From the NCBI GenBank assembly GCA_965178125.1, contig OZ237773.1, positions 248,001-312,000 on the forward strand: a stretch of DNA of 64,000 bases, read 5' to 3'. Source of the stretch: Bilabrum cf. latius (taxonomy: Eukaryota). The notes beneath the pieces are model-generated. The model was given only the letters and a program-made list of their open reading frames with translations, made no database searches and had not been told where the DNA came from. The position numbers and the translations under genes were made by a program. This document shows positions 1 to 11,800 of this stretch, in pieces; positions within the stretch are counted from its first letter, which is position 1, and the number at the start of each line of letters is the position of its first letter.

Positions 1-3000
1 TGCAGCACAGGAGGAGACTCCAGTCGGTGGCCGACGCGCGCCTCCCCGACCTTGTCAGGGAACAGCTGGGGGCACAGACCCACGACACGCACAAGCGGAT
101 CCCAGTGGTGGTCGCAGAGTGCCCCGTGGACCGCAATATGTCCGTTGGGCCCATCACCTTCACATCACGGAGGGGCGCCAAGGACCTGTTCGGTCGTGAG
201 GCAGACGACCTCATGCAGGCGAAGCTGACGGATGAAATCCTCTGCGCGCCCGACGACCGGGCAAGGCTCGACCACGAGCTGCGAACGTTCGTCGAGCAGC
301 AGGTGAACCTCCTGATCGCGCCTCACCACGTGCAGGCAGGCGGGGGCATCCTCCGCACCTGCTTTCGGGTCAGGCGCCGGCTGAGGCACTCGACGCAGAG
401 GGGCTTCGGTTTTGCGCTCATGGACGGCGATGCGCCTGGCCTGGCCATGGTGCCAGAGCTGTAGGTGCCCACCGGCAACGACGGTACCAACGCCCCCGCC
501 TATGAGAGGGTGGAGATCCTGGGGCGGGACGGGCAGCCCCCCCGTGACCTAAACACGAGGGGCAGGAGCGTCAATGTGCCGGGGACGGCGGAGGTCAACG
601 ACGCCGAACAAACCGGTTTCCTGTGGGTGGAGATGACGGCGCACCTGGTCGCAAGGCGAGGGAACACAGCGTTCTCTCTCCACTTCTCGCTTCGGGAGGC
701 AGGCTCGGAGATATGCGGGTGGAGGCCCAAGCTCGGCATGGAGGTGGAGGACATCCGGAGGCGGTACGGGCTGGCCGACGGGCCGCATCTCGATGGGGGG
801 GGCTCCACCCCCGGTGGGGGCAGGAAGGGGTCTTCGCTCACCTCGGGGGCGAGGGGTGTTGCGGGAGGTTCCTCAGGGGATCGAGCCTCAACCCGGAGCG
901 GGGCCTCGGGAGCACCGGGGAAGGGTTCCGGTTCCGCAAGCGGCGCCGCGCAGAGCCAGGTCACCCGGGACCTGGAGGTTGCACGGCGCCGCGACGGAAC
1001 CACCGGCGGGCCTAGCAGGTACCACACCACGGACGGACACACGACCGCGCTCAGCTCACGCACCGCGAGCCTGGACGGCGGGACGGCGGCGGGCCCCGGC
1101 GGCGTCACCGCACTCGTCATACAGCCGGTACCCCTCGTGGATCCCGCCCACGACAAGGCACGAGCGGTTGCCAGCACCTTCGCGATCGCGTACACCCGCG
1201 CTGCGGTGGCCGCGGCCGAAGACTCCAGGGCTCGAGCCGCCGAGGCCATGGAGGAGGTTGCAACCGCGAGCGCGGAGATGGCCTGCTCCCTGGCCATGCT
1301 GCGAGAGGCCATGGAGGAGATCGATGGTGTGACGAGTGCGGGGGCGCGCCGCTCGGGGAACAAGCGCGACAAGACGGAGGTGATCATCCCCATCCCCCCC
1401 TCCTCCTCCTCGTCTTCCTCGGGCGGGCGGGCTTCCGCTCTGATCGAGAGCGACGCGGGGGATTCGTCCGAGTCCAGCGGAACCGTTCCCAGCGGCGCCG
1501 CGCAGGGGCTAGGCACGCGCAGGAAGCTCGAGTCGAGCACGGTGCCGGTGCAAAGGGGCAAGCTCGGGGCCGGTCGCAGGGGCCAGCAGAGGTCGTCTGC
1601 GTCTGCCAGCGGGTACACCGTGGGCAGCACGGCGGGGACCGGGCCCGGGTGGATCGTCCCGGGGGGAGGGTCCTCGGCTGCGGCTCGGCTGGCCGCCGCT
1701 GCGGACCAGGCTAGCCTGCGGAACCTCAGCTGGGCGCGCGGCGCCTACTGGGGGGTGCCCCTGGGGGGCGCCTCGGGGGGTCCCAAGTGGGACGGGGACA
1801 GGAGGCCCGAATGGAAGCGCCAGCGAACGTTCGCTCTGGGGTTGCTCGAGCCCTCGGAGTCCCCGAGCTGGGACTACGAAGACCCCACAGCGGGGGAGGG
1901 TACCCCGGGGGATGGCCTACAGGGGTCTGGAGGGGACGGGGCGCGGCCAAAGGTCGAGGTGGCGCTCGGGGGGATCGGATCTGCAAGCGAACGGAGCGGT
2001 TCCGTGCGCGGCAGTGCGATGCACCTGCACGCCAGGCGGACCCTGGAGCCGCAGCAGCGCGAAATGGTCCTCGGGATCCTGCGGAACCTCGCGCGCGGCG
2101 CCATGTCCGACCTCCCGCAGCTCTCCGAGTCGGCAGTCGACGTGGCCAGAGCCGTGATCGGGCACCGGGTGTCAGTTTCTGACTCCGTGCTGTCGGTGAT
2201 CCACGGGGCCAAGGCCGCCGCGCAGCACATGTCCCAGCCGACCACGAACTTCATCAGCGGGATGCACACAGTGGGCGACCAGTCCGTAGCGAGAGGTCTG
2301 CTGGACGGCGGGTTTAGGCTCGCCCCCGGTACGGGGGATGGGTCCAGCGGCGGTCGCGAGACGTTCGACATGGGCCGGTCGGTCGCGGAGGCCTCGTCCC
2401 AGGGGGGGGGCGGAGGAGGGGGAGGAGGCCCCGTGCTGGGGGTGCCTGGCGCCGACGGGTCGTACCAGTTCCACGTGACGGGGGGGGTGACCCAGAACAC
2501 GACGGGGGCAGCTTCCAACGCTCACGCGTCCCGGGCCGAGGCGGGCACGGGGGACGTGGACAGCAGGAGCGGCGTGCACCTGGATAGCATGGGTCTCGGG
2601 GCGAGTGGGCGGAACGTGGGGGGCGCCTCGGCGAGGTACGGCATCATGGGCAAGCGGATCTCCGCGCTGAGCAGGGCGCACGACGCACTCGTCACACTCG
2701 GTAGGGTGTGCGAGGTGGTTGGCGTGCAGGGGTTCCGGTTAGACGGCGGGTCGGGCGGGGCTGCGTTCGGGAGCGGCATGGGGGGGCTACCCCCCGGGGC
2801 GGGGGGTAAGGACGCTCACGGTCCCCCTGGACCCCTGGTGTCGGCGGGGGCACAGGGGTCATCCCCCTCTGCCGCCCTGGGGGGGGACTGGAGCGAGGGC
2901 GCGGGGGGCTCCGTGTCTGGGTTCAGCACGAGATCGGACAAGCCGGGCATCCCAGGGCCCAGCCTGCTGCTGCAGAGGAGCCCTTCCTCCGACGTGCGGG

Positions 3001-6000
3001 TGGGCGTGGACCAGCTCAGGTTCGGTGCCTGCGTGTCTCGCGGGGGGGGGCTGTCGGCACACGCGCCCCCTTCGGTCATGACGGCGCTGGCCGCCGGGGG
3101 CGCGGATGCGGTTGCAACCTCGGGTCGGCTCGCGGATGCCTTGGGCTTTGCTCTCCCCGGCCGCACGAGCTGGCAGGGGGTGCCCCCGTCCGTGCAGGCG
3201 ATCACGAGGGGACTGGCAGCTGCGGGGGATGGAGGTGCCATGCTGCTGCTGCAGGCCGCCGCCGCGTCCGCCGGTTTGGCCGCGCCGATCGGGGGTGGTC
3301 AAAGCGGGGAAGGAGTCACCTAGAGCGGACTGGCGGGCCGCGTGCCCGGCGGCATAGACACGACCGGGGGCAGTTCCACCGCGACCGAATCGACCGTCGG
3401 AGCGGCGGGCTTGCTCACTCCAGGCAACGCGGGTTTGAAACCCACTGTCCAGGAAAAGCTGAGGGCGAAAAAGAAAAAATTCCTGGCCGCGCTCGGTCTC
3501 GGTCCCGCGGCGCCCAGGGGAGGCGCGAAGTTCCGCTCCTCCGGCACCGGCGACTCTTCCAGCGGTGACACGCCTATCCGCCGGGATGCATCCGGATCCC
3601 AGGATCGAGTCCAGGCACTGCTAGCGATGGCCGAGCAGCGAGCAGGGGCAGCGATGGCTGCGGCTGGCCGGGCCCTGGAGGCAGCGGCAGCCGCAGACGC
3701 CTCCAGTGGTATGGCCTCATGGGCCTCATAGGCGGCGGGGGAGCGGGGGCGGCAGCTGGAGCTCGTGTGTTCCTCGGGATCCAGGTGGGGCGGGGGTCGG
3801 CGAGGGTGGGAAGTGGCGGCCGCGGCGGCGGCTGCTGCAGAGGCGCGTGACGGGACGGGATCCGGAGCCGAAACCACGGGGGCAGCGACAGGTGCATGTG
3901 CGGGGCTGCTCGCAGCGAACAGCCAGGGCATCGGTTCCGCAAGCAGCGGCAAGACCGGCAGCGCGGCGCCGGGCCCCTCCCAGGACGGGGAAGCCCTCCT
4001 GTTCCTCCCGCACTCGTCACCCATGCACGAGCTGCTGGGATCCACCACAAGCCCGCTCGAACTCCTCAGTTCCGGCTTCTTCGTGCCGGCTTCCCCCGGC
4101 GCCCGCCTGCGAGCCCTCGTGTGGACCCTGGGGATCGACCTGAGGTGCGACCCCCAGGGACTGCAAGACCTCAGCGCATACCCTCCCGAGACCGAGGACT
4201 ACCTCATGGACGCCGGCACAGCGCTGGGGATCGCACCTCCCCAAGCCGCCCTCTTCGCTGCGGGAGTGCTGGGCAGGGGCGCTGCAGCGGTTGCCGCTGG
4301 GTCCCAGGACTCCGAAGAGGGCGGTCACCCGGGTTCGATCCCGGGAGGAGGCAAGCGGGGGAGCGATTCCTCGGGGCAGGGGATCCAGCGGGGCGACAGC
4401 GGCGCGCCGGTGCGGCATATCTCTCGTGTGACGGGGGGAGAGAACACCGACGAGGAGCGTTCGCCCAGCCAGGCATCCCCAGGTGCGCTGCACGAGTGGT
4501 CCGCTTCGGCCTGCAGCACGCTGCTTCCCGTCCTGGTGGGGCTTTCGGAGGAATGGGCCAAGGTCAGGGCACAGCTGGCCGACGGTGGTGTGACGAGTGC
4601 AGGTGGCAGCAGCAGCAGCGTCGGCGGCAAGGGCGATTTCTTCGCCTCTGAGAAGAACACCGGCAGGCTCGTGGTTGTTCTCCGGGCGGTGCCTGTCACC
4701 ATCGGGTGGAAACCGCCTGCCCAGCAAGAGGAGGAGAGCGGGGGTGGCAGCAGCGGCGGCGGAACACCTGGGGCGGAACCATCCGGCGCCATCCCGTCCA
4801 CCTCGGACTCGCCCAGGCAGGTCTCCCTGCCCGGCGTGGCCACCCGACTCGAGGTGCTGGGCGGCAGCCGGGTCATGGCCGCCCTGCAGTCCCTCAAGCT
4901 GAGCCGGGAATCCGCGGAGAACCTCGGCGAAGGTTCTTCGGGAATCGGCCGCAAGGCCTCAATGGACGCGCAGGGCGGGCCGGCGAGGCAGCCTGCCTGG
5001 TCCCCGGAGATAAGGGGCCCTGCCTTGATGGGTGCGCAGTCGGGCGTGGCGGCGCTGTCGCTGACCGCAGCGGAGGAAAGCGCGAAGGGCATCGTCGCGG
5101 CGGCGGCGGCGTCCACCCTTGGATTGCGCGGCGCCGCGGCGGTTCCGCACGGGGTGCGGCTGGCGGGCGTTGTTCTCCAGGGGGAGGCGAAGAGCCTCAC
5201 GAGCGGGGGCAGAGGTGCGGGGCCCGGCCGGCCCATGCGTCCGCAGTGCAGCGTGCAGCTGCCCGATGGCGCCGCGGGACACGTCTTTGTGGTCATGCCC
5301 GCTCCCGCGATGCTCGGCCTGTCGGAGGGAACAAATGGGGGAGGCGGAGGGCAGTATCAGGGCGGTGGTGCGGAGGGGGGTCCCGAGGACGGGGACAAGG
5401 TGCAGCGCATGGCGGCGCAGGGGGAGGCCGAGGCATCTGCGGCGGGGGCAATTTCGGGAGCCCCGCCCGACGGGCCTCTCAGGTCGGGTGCCCTACCGGG
5501 TATCGTACCCCGGAGCGCCATTCCGCTCGCTTGGGGGGACGACTCTCTCGTGGCTCCGTGGTCCCGATCGGCCGGCACCGCGCTGGCTGCGGCGGAGGCC
5601 ATGGGCCTGCAGGAGGGCGGATTTCTGGCTCCGGATAGCCCGGCGGTGGCCGCTGCCATGGCCGCCTACCAGGCCGCGGTGGCGCAACATCTTGCGACCA
5701 CTACCGGAGCAGGTGCTTCGGCGGCGGCAGCGAGCTAGGGCATGTCGGAGGGGTGGATCCTGTAGGCCGCTCGATCGGCGGCGCTGCAGCTGCTTCCCTC
5801 TGGCTGGAGAGGTGCTGGGGCTGGCAGGCTGCTGCCCAGCGGACTCATGGTTCCGCTGCAAATGCGCGGCGCCTCTTCTCTGGCCCGGCACCTGGAGCCA
5901 CCCGCGGAGGCAGTGGCGCAAGCAGGAGCAGGTGGGTCCAAGCCTGCGCCGTACCCCGGGACGGATGCTGCCGCACCTGCCGCAGCCGCACCAGCGACCT

Positions 6001-6932
6001 CGGGGGTAGAGAAGGAGAAGCAATCGGAAGGCATCCAGGTCGAAGGCGCAGGGGCAGCGGCGGGCGAGGGCGCGGCGGGCGCGGGCCGCCGCCGAGTGAA
6101 GAAGCGCACCAAGGCAGAGAAGGAGGCGGCCAAGGCAGCGAGGCTGGCGGCGGAGCAGGGCCAGAAGCAGGGCCAAGATGGTCAGGGCCAGGGCACGGGT
6201 GCCGTTGGAGCTTCTGGCGAGATGCCAGTCTCGGCCCCCGCTCCTGCGCCTTCACCCGCACCCGCACCCAGCAAGGCCAAATCGGGGGCCGCTGGCAAAG
6301 ACAAGGCAAGAGACAAGGCAAAGGATAAGGATAAGGACAAGGGCAAGTCGAAGGGCCGCAACAGGGGCCCAGGGGAGCTGGAGGGGTTGCGTGTACTTTT
6401 GGTGGACGACGAGCGCGCCAACGTGCAGGTCGGCAGGCGCATGCTGAAGCGGATGGGCTGCACGGTCACCACTGCAGACGACGGCGCCGTGGCCCTCGAG
6501 ATGTTCGAGCAGATCCGCGAAGGCCGCAGAGGCGCGTTCGATGTGGTCCTTCTGGACATCTGGATGCCCACGGATGGCAGGCAGGTCTGCAGGCAGCTGC
6601 GGCAGGACGGCTTCACGCTGCCGATCCTCGCCATGACCACCATCAACAGCTAGTCCGACCTCATGGTCCTAAGGGAGGCGGGGTTCGACAAGGTGATCAG
6701 GAAACCGTTCGGAGCCGATGCGCTCCTGCAGGCCCTTAGGGATGTGACGAGGACGAGGACGGGGGCCGCTGGGGGAGGGGCAGAGAAGGCGGCGGCGACT
6801 CGTGCAGGTGCAGGTGCAGGTGCAGGCGCAGGGGCCGGTGCAGGGGCGGGTGCAGGGGCAGGGGCAGCCGGTGGCAAGAAACGGCGGGTAGTGAAGCGGA
6901 AGAAGAAAGAAAAGGACGAGGGGACGAGCTGA
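1..6932 (+). CDS. Large (>2,300 aa, 5'-truncated) Gly/Ala/Ser-rich protein with a C-terminal response-regulator receiver domain; 6 in-frame TAG
   Basis: ORFs 27, 465, 3342, 3765, 5847 and 6663 share one frame, separated only by TAG (462, 3321, 3729, 5736, 5763, 6651). The frame is open at the window start and ends at TGA 6930-6932. The receiver motifs LRVLLVDD...FDVVLLDIWMP...ILAMTTINS*SDLMVLREAGFDKVIRKPF span the TAG at 6651. Confidence 0.85.
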
Positions 6933-7114
6933 CCGTGCTTGCCACCAGCAGACGAGCTGACCGTGCTTGCCAGGTCCTGGGTCCTTGATCCGTACTACGG
7001 TGTGCCGCGGATGTGCACCTCTTCAAAAATTGCGCTGTGTGACGATTTTTCCACGCTTGATCTATCCACCGTCGCACACGAGATTACGGCAGGGGCCGTC
7101 TCCTGCAACCTGAT

Positions 7115-8185
7115 TCAATTTTCCGGGCCATTGCCGACGGCTGAATCCGCCAGACCTGTGGGTGGCACCTCTCCTTCCGGCGTGCTCGCCCCCGGGCCGC
7201 TCCCCACGTCGAGGACGGTTGCTGCCGTACTCGTCCCTGCCCCAGCCCCTGCCGCTGCACCCGTGGCAGCGCCTGATACTGCGGAATTACCAGCGGCAAG
7301 CTGGCCTCCCGCTTCCTCAGCAGACAGTCCCAGCGATATTAGAGCGGCGGCAAGCTCCTCCAAATGCTCGTCGGGAGGGAAACGGTACAAATCCACTGTC
7401 TTGCTCGCTCCAGCTGCGGTCGCAGCAGCCGCTTCTTCTGGTTCTAAACTGGTTTTCGCGGGAAATTCCGACTACATTCCAGTCGTAGAACTGGGTGCAG
7501 AAGACATTGCTGCAGCTGGGATACCATTGGATCCCGCCCCGACGGAGCTCTTGGACAATGGAGCAATTGCTTCGATTGTGCCGGCGTCGTTGACCTGGTC
7601 ATCATGCCCGTTGTGCGTCAGCAAAGCCCGTCGGATATTTGCAAAGTACTCAATATTTGGCCCGGAAGGACCCACGGACTTTGCGATAACCTTCGCAACC
7701 TCCAGAGCTTCCTTCCCACCGTCGTAATGTGGATTGTCGGCGGTGCCAACGAAGCAGACAGCCTTCCTATCAGTACCGTCTTCACAATGCACAATAACAT
7801 CGATCATATCGTATCCGGCCTTTTCTCGGTGCAGAAGCTTCTCCATAGAGGCCTCCACGTGGGAGCGGGGCACCCTGTAAACCACGCCTTGCGTGCGACA
7901 GGCAGGGTCGTCACGAACCATAGTTACGACAAACCCGGGTGACTCTTCAGTACCGCGATGATCTGGTGACCGCTGCCAAAACCGCCGGGTCCACCCGGTC
8001 ACATACCCCCAGTGGCGTTCGCTGAAGACCAAGTCAGGCTGCAGAATAGGACGGTGCGGTCCATTCACAGTGTAGGCCTATTTAAATCGCGACATTCTAT
8101 GAAAGGTAGACGCACAAATCCATCAATAATCTTCTCTTACTTTCCACACTAAACTCCCATAGCCAAACAGCCACAAGTCTGTCAT
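7115..8185 (-). CDS. chaC: ChaC-family glutathione-specific gamma-glutamylcyclotransferase; 2 exons (8185-8141, 8038-7115), 1 in-frame TAG
   Basis: Exon 1 MTDLWLFGYGSLVWK, a GTAAG...CTGCAG intron at 8140-8039, then PDLVFSERHWGYVTGWTRRFWQRSPDHRGTEESPGFVVT...LLHREKAGY...GPSGPNIEY, which are ChaC motifs. TAG at 7472-7474 is followed in frame by ORF 7115..7396, ending TGA. Confidence 0.9.
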
Positions 8186-8293
8186 CACGAAGTAAGTATG
8201 AGTGACGGGGCTGTGTATCCGGATAGGATTTGTGAAGACTTTTCGTATAATTTAACTTAATATGGATTAGCGATTCGGGCAGTTCGGGGTATA

Positions 8294-8366
8294 GGGCGTA
8301 TAGCTCAGTTGGTAGAGTGTCTGCTTCGCATGCAGATAGTCCAGGGTTCGATTCCCTGTGTGTCCA
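8294..8366 (+). tRNA. trnA-CGC: tRNA-Ala(CGC)
   Basis: 73-nt cloverleaf with anticodon arm TCTGC-TTCGCAT-GCAGA, T-arm CAGGG-TTCGATT-CCCTG and the G3:U70 Ala identity pair, followed by an oligo-T Pol III terminator. Confidence 0.95.
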
Positions 8367-8847
8367 AACTTTTTTGCCCTCTCATCATTATCCCCACTAG
8401 ACTATCTCAACCGCCTCAATGCAATAGTCGAGTCACATTTTGTTTGCCAGCCTTCGCTAAGGGTACTCGCTATTGCGAGCTGATTTGCAATCGATTGGTA
8501 AGGTCCCTAGGCTGTAAAGATTCGGCGAAATCCATCGCTGATCCACCATTTCTAGAAACATATCCTTCTCGTCACGATTTACTGATACCAATGCGGTCAA
8601 AGTGAGGATCTGAGAAACTGTGCTTCGGTACTTATAAGATCGACTGCGGTAGTTGTGTCTTTCGCTGTTCCTGTTCCTGTTCCTGTTCCAGATTCCGGAT
8701 CCATGTGGGTGGACAAAACCAAGTATGGCCAAGTCCCACCATTGAGCTTTCACAACTTTTCGCTGGACAGCAGGGTCACCTGTAGTCACCATAATCGATA
8801 AGAATGTTGGTTGAGTGAATATCACGAACTGTGCACTGCGTCTTCGC

Positions 8848-11800
8848 ATGAGGTGACCTCTTGCTTGCTTTTAGGGTCCGGCCTTCTATCCCTATTTCCA
8901 CAGGTCGCTCCACCCAGCCTCGACGCTGCATGGCGTAGCTACTAATATGCCAGCATTGTAGCAGGCGCTAGAAGCGATGCCAATCAGTGAACTACCACAA
9001 GTTATTGATGCCAAGGATCCTGTGAGGGTTGGTACTGTTGTATAGAGTCTACTTTTGACCAGAGGGGTTGCAAGTTAATCCAGGAATATTATGTGCAAAT
9101 TTGTTTGTGTATGTGCTACCCAAGTTGTATTTTCTGATCTGCAGCATGGCAAAACGGCTCTCTGCTTGGCTGCCGCCCAGGGCCAAGATAAATGCTGTGA
9201 ATCTCTCCTGCGGAGAGGCGCAAGCGCCTAGGTGCCCGATTCAGTGAGGAAAACATGTTTTTTCCCCCCAAGCTTTATGTCCAATGTACAGATGCGTCTT
9301 GTGAGGAGTGCGCCTGACTCATCTTATCTAGCAGGATGGTGCGCTGCCGCTTCACTATGCCGCTGCATACGGACACAAGAACGTGGTCGAGAAGATGCTG
9401 AGCCTCTCCAACGCAGAGATTAATGCCGTTGCGCCTGTTAGTCACTTTACTTGCTGCAAGCCACCTTGATGATGCAGGGTGGGTCTTAACTTGGGTGTTT
9501 CGTCGACATCAGCGCCAATGTCCATCTCCGATGCTTATTTGTATCCTTTTCTGACAAAGAGTAAAAACTGACCCAAATGAATTGACAGCTCCAGTACCAC
9601 TGCAGACAGGCGCGACGGCTTTACACTGGGCCTGCTATAGCGGACATCTAGAGGTGGCCATCTGGCTGACTGGAAGTGGTGCCAGCGTGTCTTCGCAAGA
9701 ATTCGTGAGTGGCTAGTGGAGTCATTCACGAGTAAACCATATGCGATCTGTTTCCTACTCTGGAATAGTCCGGGGGTCACTCGCACTTCTAGCCTCTAAA
9801 GTCGCCCGACTATCCTCAATCTCGCAGGAGACTTTGAACACTCCGCTGCACTCTGCTGCTTACAATGGGCACGCAGCTGTTATCAAGCATCTATGTAGTT
9901 GCTCTGGTATCAATGTTGATGCGCCCGATGCGGTAAGATCGATTCATTTTGCGCCCCTATCCAGATTCTTTGTGTTTGGACATGCGGCGAATGCACCCGT
10001 GCGCGACACCTTACCGGCATGAAGGCACTGATAGCCAACAGACAACTGCGGGAAGATAGTTGCGTATTTCCTAATTGCCTTCTGAGATGGGATTGAGCGA
10101 GCACAGCTCTAGAGGTGCAGCTTCCGCGCGCAATAGTATGGATACTATCTGGGCAATCTCGCTGTCAACTGCGATGATTATCCAAAAGTGTAGCACAGCA
10201 CGCCTTCATCCGTTAATTTCGTTACCACAGGACGGGCAAACACCCCTTCACCATGCGTGTACCAACGGGCACGTCGCTGCCACCTTCCTGCTCCTGCAAG
10301 CCGGCGCCAGCCCTATGTCTAAAGAAAACAACGGCATGACCCCAGCCGAGGCGATCCCTGGGGATGCCTCCATGGCTGCGTTCAAGAACGCCATGACGGT
10401 GGGCGCCAGCTTCCCCCAGCTCTGCATGTACCTCATCATCAGGGACTGCGACGTGGACAACCTGACCAAGGGGGCCTACGAGATGTCCAGGGAACACCTC
10501 GACCGAGACCAGGTGGCGCTAGAGGCGTCCAAGCTTCTGGGCAACGAGGGCGTGCTTCATGACAAGAGCCGACGCACTGCCGCCTTGGAAGCCTTCTAGT
10601 ACGTGCAGCAGGGGACCAGGCGGGGTGCGAAAGGAGCAGAGGAAGAGGCTGAACGCCTTCGAAGGATGCTGCAGCAGGCACGAAACGACGCCGACAAGGC
10701 AAGAGACGAGGCCGAGCGCGCCAAAACCGAAGTGCGGGCAGCCGAGCACGAGCGGCGCGTGCTGCTGCAGGCCGGTCTCAAGCTGGCAGCGAGCGCGTTG
10801 CTGACTCGAGACGCCGAGAACGCGAAAGAGATGGCACGGGTGGGCACGGACCCAGCCGAGGTCATCAACGCGCGGGCCAAACGGGTCCTCCTCGCGGTCA
10901 GGGTGCGAGGCGCGCCCATGCGTCGCATCCGCGGCAACATGATGTCTCACCACCCGAGACTAAGGAGACTGTCACCGAGGCCCGGGGAGCCGTATGGAAT
11001 GCTCGACATCAGGTCCGTAGCAGAGCCCAACATCATCGAGCAGATCGCAGTACCGTCCGGCTGTTCCGGTTCTGGGTCTATCCTAAATCTCGTGAACGGC
11101 GGTGTTTCATCAAAGAGGCACGGTGGGGATCCGGCACACCTTGCGTTTCACCAGCACACGCGAGCCAGGCCCATCTACTGGGATGGGTCGGCGTCTGCTG
11201 CCACTGGCTCGACGGCAGCGCCGGAAGGCCAAGGGAGCAACGGCCTGGTGCTAGCCGTTGAGTCGCAGCCTATGGGTGACGTGTATGGATCTGATAGACC
11301 CGCCCGATCTGTGTGGCCGTTCGGCTGGCAGGGCGCACTAAAGGGAGCGTATCCCGGGGCTGATTCCCAGCACAACGATGCGATCTATCCGTTCGTGATC
11401 GGTGACAGACGCGATTCCCGAGGAAACGTGGTCCTGCACGGACACCCAAACGTGCTGACCGTGCACCACGCCTGGCTGGGCTCCACACAGCTGATGCTGC
11501 CTTGGCTCAACGAAATCATCAACAGCAGATGCACCACCTGGACTCTGATGGAGCGGTTCCCCACCACGCTGGAGGGGGCAGTGACTGCTTCGCTCACGAT
11601 AGGCAACCGGCAGGGATTCACGGGGAGACAGGCGGCGCTGTGGCTGCTGCAGGTGCTGCAGGGGCTGGAGCACGCCCGGTCCCGGGGGGTCGTGCACCGT
11701 GACGTAACGTCCGACAACGTCTTCATGTCAGCGGACGGACGGGCCGTGCTGGGCGACTGGGGGGAAGCCAGCTTCCTGTACAAGGGTGGATTGCGGCGCT

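Noticed and set aside
500-1630. Long antisense or alternative-frame ORFs (e.g. 500..1630, 19593..21200, 61250..62329)
   Set aside because: Shadow ORFs of GC-rich coding sequence with no recognisable motifs.
8294-8366. Suppressor tRNA decoding UAG
   Set aside because: The anticodon is CGC with the Ala G3:U70 determinant. I saw no CTA-anticodon tRNA in this window.
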